Positions 30,214 through 41,300 of a stretch of 64,000 nt of DNA are shown here, in pieces. Both the position numbers and the translations under genes were made by a program. Below the pieces are notes generated by a model, which saw only the letters and a program-made list of their open reading frames with translations, was not told the origin of the DNA and did no database searches. This DNA comes from Lentimicrobium sp. (lineage in GTDB: Bacteria; Bacteroidota; Bacteroidia; Bacteroidales; Lentimicrobiaceae), in the NCBI GenBank assembly GCA_019429275.1, contig JAHYJC010000019.1:6081-70080 (forward strand). The letters run 5' to 3'. The first letter of the stretch is position 1, and each line of letters starts with the position of its first letter.

Positions 30214-30311
30214 GAGACAAAATTACATCATACTTCAGGCTTCACCTGTTAACGAAACCAAATAAACGTTAAAAGATGTTAAGCTTCATCGTTTTATGAT
30301 CATAGCCAACT

Positions 30312-30319
30312 TACCTTTG
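30312..30319 (+). promoter_or_regulatory. -7 promoter element (TACCTTTG) of rprX
   Basis: TAnnTTTG match 5 bp before the ATG, so the mRNA would be nearly leaderless. Confidence 0.45.
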
Positions 30320-30324
30320 CAGTT

Positions 30325-31896
30325 ATGAACCGCAGACATATACTTCTGATCACCATAATGGTAAGCCTGGCCTTGATTTTACTCACCGGCATTCAGGCTT
30401 ATTGGGTAAGAAGCGCTGTAAAAGTGCGTGAAGCTGTTTTTCAACGCAGTGTTGCCGAAGCTATTGGTGATGTAATGCGAAATCTTGAAAAGACGGAAAT
30501 AACCAGGCAAATAAATAAAAACAGGGAGTATAATAATCTTCTAAAAGCCATAGACTCGCTTGACTATCTGATTTATCTTGAAACAGGAAAATTGCCAAAA
30601 AACGACGGTTCTTCAGGATTTCACTATCAACGACAGCAGCATTGGGATGAAATTTTTGAGGATAATCAATGGAAAATGGTTAAACGCAAAGATTCTGCCC
30701 TGATAGAATACCCCGGCGAAAATGAAAATTTAATTGAAAATACTGAACTCAGCGAGAGAGCACGTCAACTCAACAGAAAAAAAGCTTTTCTTCTGAATCA
30801 GGTTTTTGATGAAATGTTCAATTCTCCGTTTGCCCCAAATATAGAGAACAGAGTGACCTATGGGCTACTCGACACCCTGATATACAAAGCATTAAATTCA
30901 AAAGGCATAAAAACGGAGTTTGAGTTTGGCGTGCTGAGTGAAGCCAGAAAAATAATGGTAGTTGAAAAAAATCCTGAAATACGTGCTCAACTTCTCGAAG
31001 AAGGAATGTTTTTCCCGATGTTTGCCGGAAATGGTTATGGGCATTCATCTGATTATCTGGTTTTGATTTTTCCCAATCAAACCCGGTATTTATTTCTGCA
31101 AATCAGTGGAATGTTGTTTATATCGGCAGGGCTTATGCTATTGATCATCATATCATTTGCTGTTGTAATTATGGCAATGATCAGGCAAAAAAAGTTGTCG
31201 GAAATGAAAAATGATTTTATCAACAACATGACTCATGAATTTAAAACCCCCATTTCAACAGTATCGCTGGCCTGCGAAGTTTTGAATGACCCTGAAGTGC
31301 CTAAAACGGAAGATTTGGTTCATTCGTATATTGACATCATCAGTCAGGAAAATAAACGTTTGGGAGTGTTGGCCGAAAAAATCCTTCAAACAGCAATTCT
31401 TGAAAAAGGGCAGCTCAACCTCAGAAAAGATCACATCAACGTTCATGAGGTAATTGCGGATGTGATCCACAAAATCTCAATACAAGTCGAAATTCGCGAT
31501 GGGAGTATTTCATTTATTCCTGAAGCATCTGATCCAATAATTATTGCCGACAAGATACACATTACCAATGTGATAAACAATCTGCTGGATAATGCCAACA
31601 AATACACGCCAAAGAAACCCCAGATAAAAGTTAATACTGAAAATATAAACAATGGAATACTGATAAGTGTTTCTGATAACGGTACAGGCATCAGCAAAGC
31701 AAGTCAGAAAAAAATCTTCGACAAACTATATCGCGTTCCCACCGGAGATGTTCACAACGTTAAAGGTTTTGGATTGGGGCTGAGTTATGTTAAATTTATA
31801 GTCGAAAAACATCATGGTGAAGTAAGTGTTGAAAGTGAAATAGAGAAAGGTTCAATTTTCAGGGTCTGGCTTCCGGCTGGTTTTGATCATGATTAA
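30325..31896 (+). CDS. rprX: sensor histidine kinase RprX-like
   Basis: Two TMs; DFINNMTHEFKTP H-box, NLLDNANKY N-box, DNGTG, GFGLGL; upstream of an RprY-like regulator. Confidence 0.88.
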   Translation: MNRRHILLITIMVSLALILLTGIQAYWVRSAVKVREAVFQRSVAEAIGDVMRNLEKTEITRQINKNREYNNLLKAIDSLDYLIYLETGKLPKNDGSSGFHYQRQQHWDEIFEDNQWKMVKRKDSALIEYPGENENLIENTELSERARQLNRKKAFLLNQVFDEMFNSPFAPNIENRVTYGLLDTLIYKALNSKGIKTEFEFGVLSEARKIMVVEKNPEIRAQLLEEGMFFPMFAGNGYGHSSDYLVLIFPNQTRYLFLQISGMLFISAGLMLLIIISFAVVIMAMIRQKKLSEMKNDFINNMTHEFKTPISTVSLACEVLNDPEVPKTEDLVHSYIDIISQENKRLGVLAEKILQTAILEKGQLNLRKDHINVHEVIADVIHKISIQVEIRDGSISFIPEASDPIIIADKIHITNVINNLLDNANKYTPKKPQIKVNTENINNGILISVSDNGTGISKASQKKIFDKLYRVPTGDVHNVKGFGLGLSYVKFIVEKHHGEVSVESEIEKGSIFRVWLPAGFDHD

Positions 31897-31943
31897 ACAG
31901 TTTCTCCACTATATTATTAAACCTGAAATTAATTGAAAATCAA

Positions 31944-32636
31944 ATGGAAACAGAAAAAATCCGAGTACTGCTTGCTGAAGACGACCGTAATCTGGGCAAT
32001 ATATTGAAATCTTACCTGGAAGCAAAAGGATATGCGACCCGTTTATGTGTTAACGGACAGGAAGCTTATGACCTTTTTGTAAAAGAGCAGTTTGATTTTT
32101 GCATAGTGGATGTTATGATGCCCGTAAAAGATGGGTTTACACTTGCACGTGAAATAAGACAGGTTGACAGGAGCATTCCAATTTTGTTTCTTACTGCAAA
32201 ATCACTCGAAGAGGATAAACTGAAAGGCTTTCAGGCCGGAGCCGATGACTATCTCACTAAGCCATTCAGCATGGAAGAATTGCTGTTGCGAATAAGCGCC
32301 ATACTCAGAAGAGCAGGACACACAGCTAAAGGAAAAAAGGAGTTTAAAATAGGAAGTTTCCTTCTTGATTACAATAGTCAAGTCCTTACAAGCAATGGAA
32401 TTGATCAACGATTGACTTCAAAGGAAAACGAATTACTGAGGCTACTTTGCGAAAATCTGAATGAAGTACTCGACCGCAGTTATGCCCTGAATAAAATATG
32501 GCAGGACGACAGCTATTTCAATGCAAGAAGCATGGATGTTTACATAGCAAAACTAAGAAAATACCTCAAGGGAGATGAAAATGTGGAGCTGATCAATGTT
32601 CACGGAATCGGCTTCAAACTGATTGTGAAGGAGTAA
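31944..32636 (+). CDS. rprY: OmpR-family response regulator RprY-like
   Basis: LLAEDD, DVMMPVKDGFTLA, GADDYLTKPFSMEEL, LTSKENELL, YFNARSMDVYIAKLRK match recalled Bacteroides RprY motifs. Confidence 0.92.
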   Translation: METEKIRVLLAEDDRNLGNILKSYLEAKGYATRLCVNGQEAYDLFVKEQFDFCIVDVMMPVKDGFTLAREIRQVDRSIPILFLTAKSLEEDKLKGFQAGADDYLTKPFSMEELLLRISAILRRAGHTAKGKKEFKIGSFLLDYNSQVLTSNGIDQRLTSKENELLRLLCENLNEVLDRSYALNKIWQDDSYFNARSMDVYIAKLRKYLKGDENVELINVHGIGFKLIVKE

Positions 32637-32680
32637 GTTCTGAATTACTTAATGAGAAGTTTCCGTTTAATATAAACAGA

Positions 32681-33679
32681 CTACTCAGCATATTCTCTCA
32701 TAAATTTCTCGGCCATCTCGACCATATGTGAAGTGCCAACAAAAAATGGCACTCTTTGATGCAATTCAGTGGGCTGAATATCTAGAATACGCTCATATCC
32801 GTTTGATGCTTTGCCTCCTGCCTGCTCAGCCAGAAAAGCAATTGGGTTGCATTCATACAGCAGCCTTAATTTTCCATTTGGATTTTTCACAGTTCCCGGA
32901 TAAATGTATATGCCACCCCTTATCAGATTGCGGTGAAAATCGGCAACCAATGAACCTATGTAGCGGGTAGTGTAAGGCCTGTTTGTGGACTTATCATCCT
33001 GCTGGCAATATTTCAGATAATTTTTTACACCCTGTTGAAAATAGATGTAGTTTGCTTCATTGATGGAATATATATTCCCGCCTTCCGGGATTCTCATATC
33101 AGGGTGCGAAAGAAGGAAAAGCCCGACTGATGGATCGAGCGTAAAACCATTCACACCGTTACCTGTTGAATACACCAGCATTGTTGAAGAGCCATAAATG
33201 ACGTAACCCGATGCAACCTGTTGATTTCCTGGCTGTAAAAGGTCTTCAACTGTTCCGGGTCCTGAAACTCCTTTTCGTCGGTATATTGAAAAAATTGTCC
33301 CTATAGGTACATTTACTTCAATATTCGAAGATCCGTCAAGCGGATCCATGGCAACAACATATTTTCCTTTTTGTGAGAATGCATTCTCATAGGTGTAAAG
33401 TTCATCGTTTTCTTCAGAGGCCACTGCACAAACCATTCCGCCATACCTCATGGCAGAAAGGAAACAATCGTTGGCAAAAACATCGAGTTTCTTTTGCTCT
33501 TCGCCCTGAATGTTGGTTGAACCAAAATATCCATTAATATCGGCCAGCCCTGCTTTATTTATTTCCCGGTTAACAAGTTTTGCAGCAATTCCAATATCAT
33601 TGAGCAATCGGGTAAATTCACCTGTGGCGTATTGAAAATCGGCCTGTGTTTCATTTATAAATTGTATCAGAGTTTTCAT
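32681..33679 (-). CDS. fbp: fructose-1,6-bisphosphatase class 1
   Basis: [40 protein letters not shown]. Confidence 0.97.
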   Translation of the reverse strand: MKTLIQFINETQADFQYATGEFTRLLNDIGIAAKLVNREINKAGLADINGYFGSTNIQGEEQKKLDVFANDCFLSAMRYGGMVCAVASEENDELYTYENAFSQKGKYVVAMDPLDGSSNIEVNVPIGTIFSIYRRKGVSGPGTVEDLLQPGNQQVASGYVIYGSSTMLVYSTGNGVNGFTLDPSVGLFLLSHPDMRIPEGGNIYSINEANYIYFQQGVKNYLKYCQQDDKSTNRPYTTRYIGSLVADFHRNLIRGGIYIYPGTVKNPNGKLRLLYECNPIAFLAEQAGGKASNGYERILDIQPTELHQRVPFFVGTSHMVEMAEKFMREYAE

Positions 33680-33765
33680 GAGTTAATGATTTTAGTTTCA
33701 TTAATTTGATGGCATTCATACATCTGGCTTTTCATCTCCATAATCCTTTCATATCCATACACGAA

Positions 33766-33782
33766 CAAATGTATTAAATTTG
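33766..33782. promoter_or_regulatory. back-to-back -7 elements (minus TACATTTG 33773-33766 for fbp; plus TAAATTTG 33775-33782 for lysC)
   Basis: Two exact TAnnTTTG matches separated by 1 bp between divergent genes. Confidence 0.55.
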
Positions 33783-33802
33783 CATCACCAATTCATGAAG
33801 GT

Positions 33803-35065
33803 ATGAAAGTTTTCAAATTTGGAGGAGCTTCAGTAACTGATGCCCCGTCCGTTCAAAATGTGGGGAGAATTTTAACAATGTTTCCTCACGAGAAGATTTG
33901 TGTTGTGATTTCAGCCATGGGAAAAACAACCAACCGGCTTGAAAAAGTAACCGAGGCATGGATCAATCAGGATGTGGCAGTGCTTCAACTGGTGAGTGAA
34001 TTAGAACAATACCATACTTCAATTTCTAAAGCACTCAATGATGCAGGTAAATCAGGAATTAAACTGATAATGAATGACATAAGACGTTTTTTGGAGACTG
34101 CACCACCTTCAAATCCCGATGCTGCCTACGATCTGCTCGTTTCACAGGGAGAGCTGCTCTCCACAGCCATCATCAGCGATTACCTTAACCTGAACGGAAT
34201 TACCAATCAGTTGCTCGACGCCCGAAAGGTAATTATTACCAGCGAATCGCATCGCAATGCCCGCATTCTGTGGGATGAAACCAATTCGAGAATTGTTGCT
34301 GCATTCGACGAGGCTAATCCCGATCAGAACGCACCGATTACCCTTACCCAGGGCTTTATAGGTAACAGCATTACAGGCCACCCCGTAACCCTTGGCAGAG
34401 AAGGCTCGGATTTCAGTGCTGCTGTGTTTGCACATGCCCTCGATGCCACCGAAATGATTATATGGAAAGATGTTGCAGGTGTTTACAATGCAGATCCCAG
34501 GTATTTCAGTGATGTGGTTAAACTTAATCAGATTTCATACCGCGACGCTATTGAATTGGCCTATTTCGGCGCTTCAGTTATCCATCCTAAAACCATACAA
34601 CCTCTTCAGAATAAAAATATTCCCCTGTATGTGAAATCATTTTGCGATCCTTTAAACGAAGGCACACTTATCCATCAGTTTACAGACAACGAATCGATGA
34701 TACCTTCATTTATAGTAAAACCCGGACAGGTATTGGTTTCAATAACCCCAAAAGATTTTTCTTTTGTTGCCGAAGATGGATTACACAACATTTTTGGACT
34801 TCTTTCACACATGGGAATCAGGATTAATTTGATGCAAAATTCAGCTATTAGTTTTTCTATTTGTATTGATGATAACCCCGAAAAATTAAAACGCCTTTTT
34901 ACCGCCCTTGGTGGTGAATTTACCGTTAAATACAATCAGGCACTGGAACTGATTACCATTAGGTACTACACAAAAAAAGTTATAGATAAGATTATTGGCA
35001 AACGCAAAATTTTTCTGGAACAACGGAGTCGTTTGACGGTTCAGCTGGTGGTAGAGGAAAAATAG
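33803..35065 (+). CDS. lysC: aspartate kinase (monofunctional)
   Basis: MKVFKFGGAS, VISAMGKTT, TLGREGSDFSA, IWKDVAGV, YFGASVIHP; C-terminal ACT domain. Confidence 0.95.
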   Translation: MKVFKFGGASVTDAPSVQNVGRILTMFPHEKICVVISAMGKTTNRLEKVTEAWINQDVAVLQLVSELEQYHTSISKALNDAGKSGIKLIMNDIRRFLETAPPSNPDAAYDLLVSQGELLSTAIISDYLNLNGITNQLLDARKVIITSESHRNARILWDETNSRIVAAFDEANPDQNAPITLTQGFIGNSITGHPVTLGREGSDFSAAVFAHALDATEMIIWKDVAGVYNADPRYFSDVVKLNQISYRDAIELAYFGASVIHPKTIQPLQNKNIPLYVKSFCDPLNEGTLIHQFTDNESMIPSFIVKPGQVLVSITPKDFSFVAEDGLHNIFGLLSHMGIRINLMQNSAISFSICIDDNPEKLKRLFTALGGEFTVKYNQALELITIRYYTKKVIDKIIGKRKIFLEQRSRLTVQLVVEEK

Positions 35066-35092
35066 CCTGGTCATGACTCCCATATAAAAGTT

Positions 35093-35122
35093 GCAGCAGG
35101 ACCTGAAAACAAGTCCTGCTGC
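35093..35122. terminator. stem-loop between convergent lysC and the OmpA gene
   Basis: GCAGCAGGAC / GTCCTGCTGC 10-bp stem; weak U tails. Confidence 0.55.
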
Positions 35123-35192
35123 GGGAAAACAAATATAAAGGAAACTAAGGGGGCATTGAATTTATATTCAAACTATCACCTGCCTCATTTTA

Positions 35193-37295
35193 CTAAGGTT
35201 TTAAAGGTGATTTCGAATATATCGGTAAATAATTACTGGATTCTGAATCTGAGCAATTCTTAAAGAAATCTTCATTCAAATCTTTAAGCTCCAACTTCTG
35301 ACTTGCTTTAAAGTCATCAAGAGGTTCCTCAGTTCCTTGTTTTTCAGATTCTGCCAGACCAGAAATCTTAATTTCGGTTCGCCTGTTCTTCTGATGCTCA
35401 ACTTCTGAGCACTGTACATTGTCAGAACACTGATTAACAAGCTTATATTCGCCGTAACCTTTCGAGGTTATACGGTCTTTATTAATACCGCGCGATTTGA
35501 TATACTCAACCGCTGATGCAGCTCTCCTTTCAGAAAGTCGGTCGTTATAACTAAAACTGCCTCTTGAGTCGGTATGTGAACCGAGTTCAACAGTAATTTG
35601 AGGATTTTCATTGAGGAAGATAGCCACTTTATCGAGTTCGACTGCCGCATCGGGGCGGATATTCGATTTATCGAAATCGTAGTAAATATTTTCGAGCGCG
35701 AATATTTGATCCAATTTATATTTTCCGAGAAGAAGATCGCGGTTTTTAACTTCAGTTGATCTCGATTTCATATCAAGAGACAATGCCAGACAATCGGGAT
35801 AGAAACCGTTCTTAATAGCCTTGACTAGCAATTGAGAACCCCGTTTTACCTGAATGGCATACTGGCCCGAATCATCAGTTTTAAGTACAGTTATTTCGTT
35901 GGTATTCTGATCTAAAACAAAAACAGTTACGTTTTTCATCAGTTCGAGGGTTGTCTTGTCTTTAACAAAGCCGGAAATCAGTACAGAATCGGGCAGTCGT
36001 TCGCTGATCGTAATCAGGTAAATATCATCTTCGCCAACGCCACCTGGCCTGTTTGAACTGATCATTCCCTCCGCTTCATTTGAGTGAATTACAATACCAA
36101 AATCATCGGCAGGCGAATTAAGCGGCGCTTTTAAATTATGAGGTGTTGTCCAGCCATCTTCTGTTTTTAAAGATTTGAAAACATCAAGACTTCCAAGTCC
36201 CGGGTGTCCAGTGGAGGAGAAATACAATATACTGTCTTTGTGGAAATAAGGAAACATTTCGTCGCCAAAGGTGTTGATTATCTCTCCAAGATTTTCAGCC
36301 GGTCCCCAACCAGTATCCAGAAGTTTAACCCTATAAATATCGGTACCCCCTTGTCCTCCCGGCATATCTGATACAAAATACAAGGTCTTTCCATCGCTTG
36401 ACAGAGCCGGATGGCCGACAGAATACAATTCGCTGTTCAGATAGAAAGGTTCTGGGTCACCCCATTTCCCATCCTCAAACTTGCTAGAATACATTTTCAG
36501 GCGGTTTGTGTAATAACGGGTAGAGTCGAGTTCGCCGGTTTTCCGCGTTACACGGGTAAAATAAACGGTAAGGAAATCTTTAGAGAAAGTTGCTGGTCCA
36601 TCATGATAAGGTTGACTCAGGCTGGCAGAATAGAGCGACGGTGAACCTGGAACCGGAAAATTTTTATCCTCTTCCTTTTTTAGTGTCGCATAAAACAGGT
36701 CTAAAAAATAGGCCCCTGTCCATCCATAACGTTTTGCGCCGGCCCTTGCCATACGGTCGCTGGTAAAAATAACCCCATCTTTTCCATAAACCGGAGAGAA
36801 ATCGGAAAAGGGAGTATTTATGGCTTCAGCATTAATGAGTTCATAATCATACTCTGGCTCCGTCCACTTATTGACTTCACGGCTGTATTTTTCAAATAAC
36901 TTTCCTTTTGGATCATCAGGCTTTAGCGAAGAATATTTGCTGAATTGTTCAGCAGCCTCTTCGTATTTTCCAAGACTACGCAAACTTTGGCCGTAATGAT
37001 AATAAAGGTCTGGATTTGTCTTATTTACCTCCAAAGCCTTATTGTACCAGCGGGCAGCATCTTCAAAATTGCCTGTCAGACGGTTACAGTCGCCTAGCCG
37101 CTCCGTTGCATGAGCAAAATGTTTATTGTTTTTTGCGGCAAGTTTTTCGTAATAAGGGATAGCCCTGCTATAATTGAAGGCAGTAAATAATCTGTCAGCT
37201 TTTGCTCTTTGAGCAAACCCCTGATATCCAGTGGCAAAAACAGCGACAAATAATAAAACCAGATATTTTGTTTTCATAACTTTAAACTTTATCAT
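35193..37295 (-). CDS. PorE-like OmpA family protein (TPR + PD40 propeller + prealbumin-like + OmpA_C)
   Basis: Signal peptide, TPR segment, PD40 repeats (GHPALSSDGKTLYFVSD), ENIYYDFDKSNIR, GSHTDSRG, NRRTEI. Confidence 0.92.
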   Translation of the reverse strand: MIKFKVMKTKYLVLLFVAVFATGYQGFAQRAKADRLFTAFNYSRAIPYYEKLAAKNNKHFAHATERLGDCNRLTGNFEDAARWYNKALEVNKTNPDLYYHYGQSLRSLGKYEEAAEQFSKYSSLKPDDPKGKLFEKYSREVNKWTEPEYDYELINAEAINTPFSDFSPVYGKDGVIFTSDRMARAGAKRYGWTGAYFLDLFYATLKKEEDKNFPVPGSPSLYSASLSQPYHDGPATFSKDFLTVYFTRVTRKTGELDSTRYYTNRLKMYSSKFEDGKWGDPEPFYLNSELYSVGHPALSSDGKTLYFVSDMPGGQGGTDIYRVKLLDTGWGPAENLGEIINTFGDEMFPYFHKDSILYFSSTGHPGLGSLDVFKSLKTEDGWTTPHNLKAPLNSPADDFGIVIHSNEAEGMISSNRPGGVGEDDIYLITISERLPDSVLISGFVKDKTTLELMKNVTVFVLDQNTNEITVLKTDDSGQYAIQVKRGSQLLVKAIKNGFYPDCLALSLDMKSRSTEVKNRDLLLGKYKLDQIFALENIYYDFDKSNIRPDAAVELDKVAIFLNENPQITVELGSHTDSRGSFSYNDRLSERRAASAVEYIKSRGINKDRITSKGYGEYKLVNQCSDNVQCSEVEHQKNRRTEIKISGLAESEKQGTEEPLDDFKASQKLELKDLNEDFFKNCSDSESSNYLPIYSKSPLKP

Positions 37296-37325
37296 CGAGT
37301 AGAAACAAATTCATTCATTGAAATT

Positions 37326-38273
37326 TTAGAAATACCTTGGTGTAATCAACCTGGGCGCAAACAGGTTAAGATCATGCGAAATCATAATTTCGTGGGATCC
37401 CTGTTGATAGGTCTTCATCTCAGTAAGGTATGTATCATACGAGTAACCGAGCCTCCAGTTTTCACCCAGATTCAGTTCAACCATAAAGACCAGTGCATTC
37501 TTGTTGGTGATTGCATTGCGGTTGGTTCTGTAGGAAGCTCCAAGCCAAATGAGATTATTGAATAGGAAACTGGCATTAAGGTCCATATTAAGCGGAGCAT
37601 TCTGAGTATATTTTAACATAAACCCGGGACGAAAAACTATATTTTCGCTTAAAGGCACGGCTGCGCCTGCAATGCCATAAAAATGACGGGCAAGAGTGGA
37701 ATAAGTGCTTAATCCATTTTCAAAATCAACCTTTCCGTACTGACTTTCGAAGAGTTGCTTTGAGGAAACTCCCATGTAGTATGATTTTGTGTAGTAATAA
37801 ATTCCAAAGTTGGCATCGGGCTGAATTTTGTTTTTCGGACGGTTCAGAATGGTAGGATCATCACCGTCTCTCATTTGAACAGCATCCCAGTCCACATTAA
37901 CCTGGTTAAAGCCAGCCTGAAGGCCGAATGACAGGATCCCACTTAATAACCTGACTCTGTAGGCATAGTTACCCATAAATCCAATGTCGGTAAAAGGACC
38001 TGTCTGATCTGCATACACATACATACCAATGGCTACTTTTTCGTTGCGTAGTGGTGTGTGTGCGCTAAAAGTCAGGGTGCGTGGTGCCCCGTCTCCAAAA
38101 CCTACCCATTGATACCGGTTGAGTAGCGTCATGGTAAGCACATCCCGGCTACCGGAATAAGCAGGATTTATTACCAGCTTGTTAAACATAAACTGACTGT
38201 ACAATGCATCGCGTTGTGCAGAAGCAGCTAGAGTTATCAGGAACAGTCCGATGATGATGATTGACTTTTTCAT
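37326..38273 (-). CDS. PorP/SprF family T9SS outer-membrane protein
   Basis: QRDALYSQFMFNKLVINPAYSG, RYQWVG, LGYSYD, GSHEIMI; directly follows a type B CTD gene. Confidence 0.93.
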   Translation of the reverse strand: MKKSIIIIGLFLITLAASAQRDALYSQFMFNKLVINPAYSGSRDVLTMTLLNRYQWVGFGDGAPRTLTFSAHTPLRNEKVAIGMYVYADQTGPFTDIGFMGNYAYRVRLLSGILSFGLQAGFNQVNVDWDAVQMRDGDDPTILNRPKNKIQPDANFGIYYYTKSYYMGVSSKQLFESQYGKVDFENGLSTYSTLARHFYGIAGAAVPLSENIVFRPGFMLKYTQNAPLNMDLNASFLFNNLIWLGASYRTNRNAITNKNALVFMVELNLGENWRLGYSYDTYLTEMKTYQQGSHEIMISHDLNLFAPRLITPRYF

Positions 38274-38382
38274 TGTAATGGCTGTTATATTGTTCTTTTT
38301 TCTTTTTGGTTATTTGTGCAGGACTTACCCGGCTGTCGTTGAATTACTGTAAGCTTTCTCTTACAGCCGGGCAAAACCCTTG

Positions 38383-41300
38383 CTAGTTATTACTGCCATG
38401 GATGATTACCCAGCCAGTATAGATCTGATTTATAGATCTCAGTTTTACAATGTAGTAGTAGGTACCATCGGGCAGTTTTTTGCCGAATTGATTGGTTCCA
38501 TCCCAAACTACGCTGCTGTTGTTGTACCCGGTGAACTCCCTGATCTGATCACTCCAGCGATTGAAGAGCAATATTTCATTATCAGGATATTCCTCAATTC
38601 CATCAATAATCCAGGTATCATTCCTTCCATCGCCGTTTGGTGTAATACCATTGTAGATAACAACATCAGGACGGCCTTCGTCAGGAACAATTACGATTAC
38701 CGATATGGCTGTGTCGGAAACTGCTATTCCGTTAACGTCGTAGAGAATATAGGTAAACTGATCTTCTCCTATGAAGTCTGCTGCCGGAGTATAGGTTACT
38801 GTCATATCTGAATTGAGCGTTACACTTCCATTTACTGTTGGTGTAAGAATTTCTATAGCTGCAGTAACTCCAGCAGGAATAATGTCGTTCGCCATATTTA
38901 TAATCAACCTCGGTGTATTGACAAGGGTTGTATCCATGTCGTTTATTGCAACAAGGTAAATTGGATTGTCGTTAACAATTGTAATGGTAACAACAGCCTC
39001 ATCGCACAATCCACTGAAATCGCATACCCTGTAGATAAAGGTATCGGTACCAAAATAGCCTGAGTTAGGAGTATAAAGTACTTCACCGGTCTGTGAATCA
39101 ACCATTGTGAATCCGTTGGCAGGATTACTGGTTACAGTTACAGTTGATGGATCGATATTGTTGTCACAATCAGAATCGTTGAGCAATACTGCAATATTTA
39201 CCGGTACATTGATCGGTGTGGTTGCATAATCATCAACGGCTACAGGGCCGGCAACAACTGTCAGTTGCATTTCGCAGGTTGCTGTGTTTCCATGAATATC
39301 GGTTACTGTCCATGTTATGGTATGAATTCCAACAGGATAAGAGCCACTTGCATTTCCGGTATTGTTATAACTGTTGACCAGATTTTCAATTCCGCAATTG
39401 TCAGAAACAACCGGTACAGGAATTTCAACTACTGCATTGCAATCGGTTCCTGCTGTCATGGTCATATCTTCGGGACATTCAATTACCGGCATCTCATTAT
39501 CCGCAACGGTAACGGTCATTTCACAGGTAGCTATCAACCCGTGAATATCGGTAACTGTCCATGTAATGGTTGTTGTTCCGGTAGGGTAAATACCGCTTGC
39601 ATCAACGCTGCCATTGAAGCTGTTTACAATGCTTTCAATACCGCAGTTGTCAGAAACTACCGGTTGTGGAATTTCAACATAAGCTTCGCATACACCCTGA
39701 TCAGTGTTTACTGAAATATTCTCAGGACACTCAATTACCGGTGCTTCGTTATCAGTAACTGTGATAACCATGCTGCATTCTGCGGTCAGGCCATGAATAT
39801 CGGTCACAATCCAGCTAACTGTTGTTGTACCAACCGGGTAGATACCACTTGCATCACTTGTACCGTTGTAATCGTTAACAATGCTTTCAATGCCGCAATT
39901 GTCAGAAACTTCAGGTTGTGATACTGTAACATTGGCTTCACAAACACCAGGATCGGTATTTACAGCTACATCTTCAGGACAAATGATTACCGGAGCTTCG
40001 TTATCGGCCACAACAACGTTCATGCTGCATTCTGCAGTATTGCCATGAATGTCGGTTACTATCCAGGTAACTATTGTTGTACCTGCGGGGTAGAATCCAC
40101 TTGCGTTGTCAGTTCCATTGAAACTATTTACCAGACTTTCAATTCCGCAATTATCTGAAACTACAGGCTGTGGAACTGTTACATCGGCACCGCAAACACC
40201 AGTATCGGTATTAACTGCGATATCTTCAGGACAAATGATTGTTGGAGCTTCGTTATCAACTACCGTTACATTCATTGTGCAGGTAGCAGAATTTCCATAC
40301 TCATCAACCACAGTCCAGACTACAACTGTTGTGCCAACCGGATAGATTGCTGAAGCGTTTACGGTTTGTGTGTAGGAGTTGGTAACTGAACTGATTTCAC
40401 AGTTGTCACTTACTTCAGGCTCAGGAACTGTAACATAAGCTTCGCAAACACCCTGATCGTTGTTGACAGTAATGTCTTCGGGACAGGTGATCTGCGGATC
40501 TTCGTTATCAACCACTGTTACAGTCATTTCGCAAGTGGATGAATTGCCACAGGCATCGGTTGAAGTCCAGATGACAATAGTTGTACCTATTGGATAGTAT
40601 CCACTGGCTATCGGAGTGCCTGTATAGCTATTGACAATTGAAACCCCGCTGCAGTCATCGTCAGTATTTGGAATCGGAACCTGTACATACGATCCGCACA
40701 ATCCCGGTTGTGTGTCTACTGTGATATTAGGCGGGCAAGTCAGGGATGGAGCCTGGGTGTCAACAATTGTGAACACTGCTGAAGCTGTTGCGGTATTCCC
40801 GCACTCATCGGTTGCAGTAAATGTTACAGTTGCTGCACCGGTTGCGCCACAGAGGTTGCTCAAACCGCTAAAGTTATTGGTAACTGTAACCTCACCGCAA
40901 TTATCAGTTGCAGCAACATTAGTCAACCAGTTTTCAAGATCCTGAACGTTGCCATTTCCGTCACATTCAACTGTAATGTTCGAAGGAGCAATGGTGAAAA
41001 CAGGAGCTGTTTCATCAATAATAGTGAAAGTTGCACTGGTGGTTGCAATATTTCCGCAATCATCGGTTGCAGTCCAGGTAACTGTTGCTGCACCGGTTTC
41101 ACCACAAAGATCGCTCAGGCTGACAAAGTCATTGGTAATAACAACCTCGCCACATAAATCAGAAGCTGCGACGTTGGCAAGCCAGTTTTCAAGTGCTTCG
41201 CCACTGTTTTCGTCGCAATTGACTGTTAAATCTTCGGGAACAAGGGTGAAGTAAGGAGCAATTTCATCAATTATGGTGAAAGTTGCACTGGTGGTAACGC

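Noticed and set aside
28647-33679. pgi, fbp and the GAPOR-like gene as one glycolytic cluster
   Set aside because: The GAPOR-like gene is 20 kb away with unrelated genes between; pgi and fbp have separate promoters.
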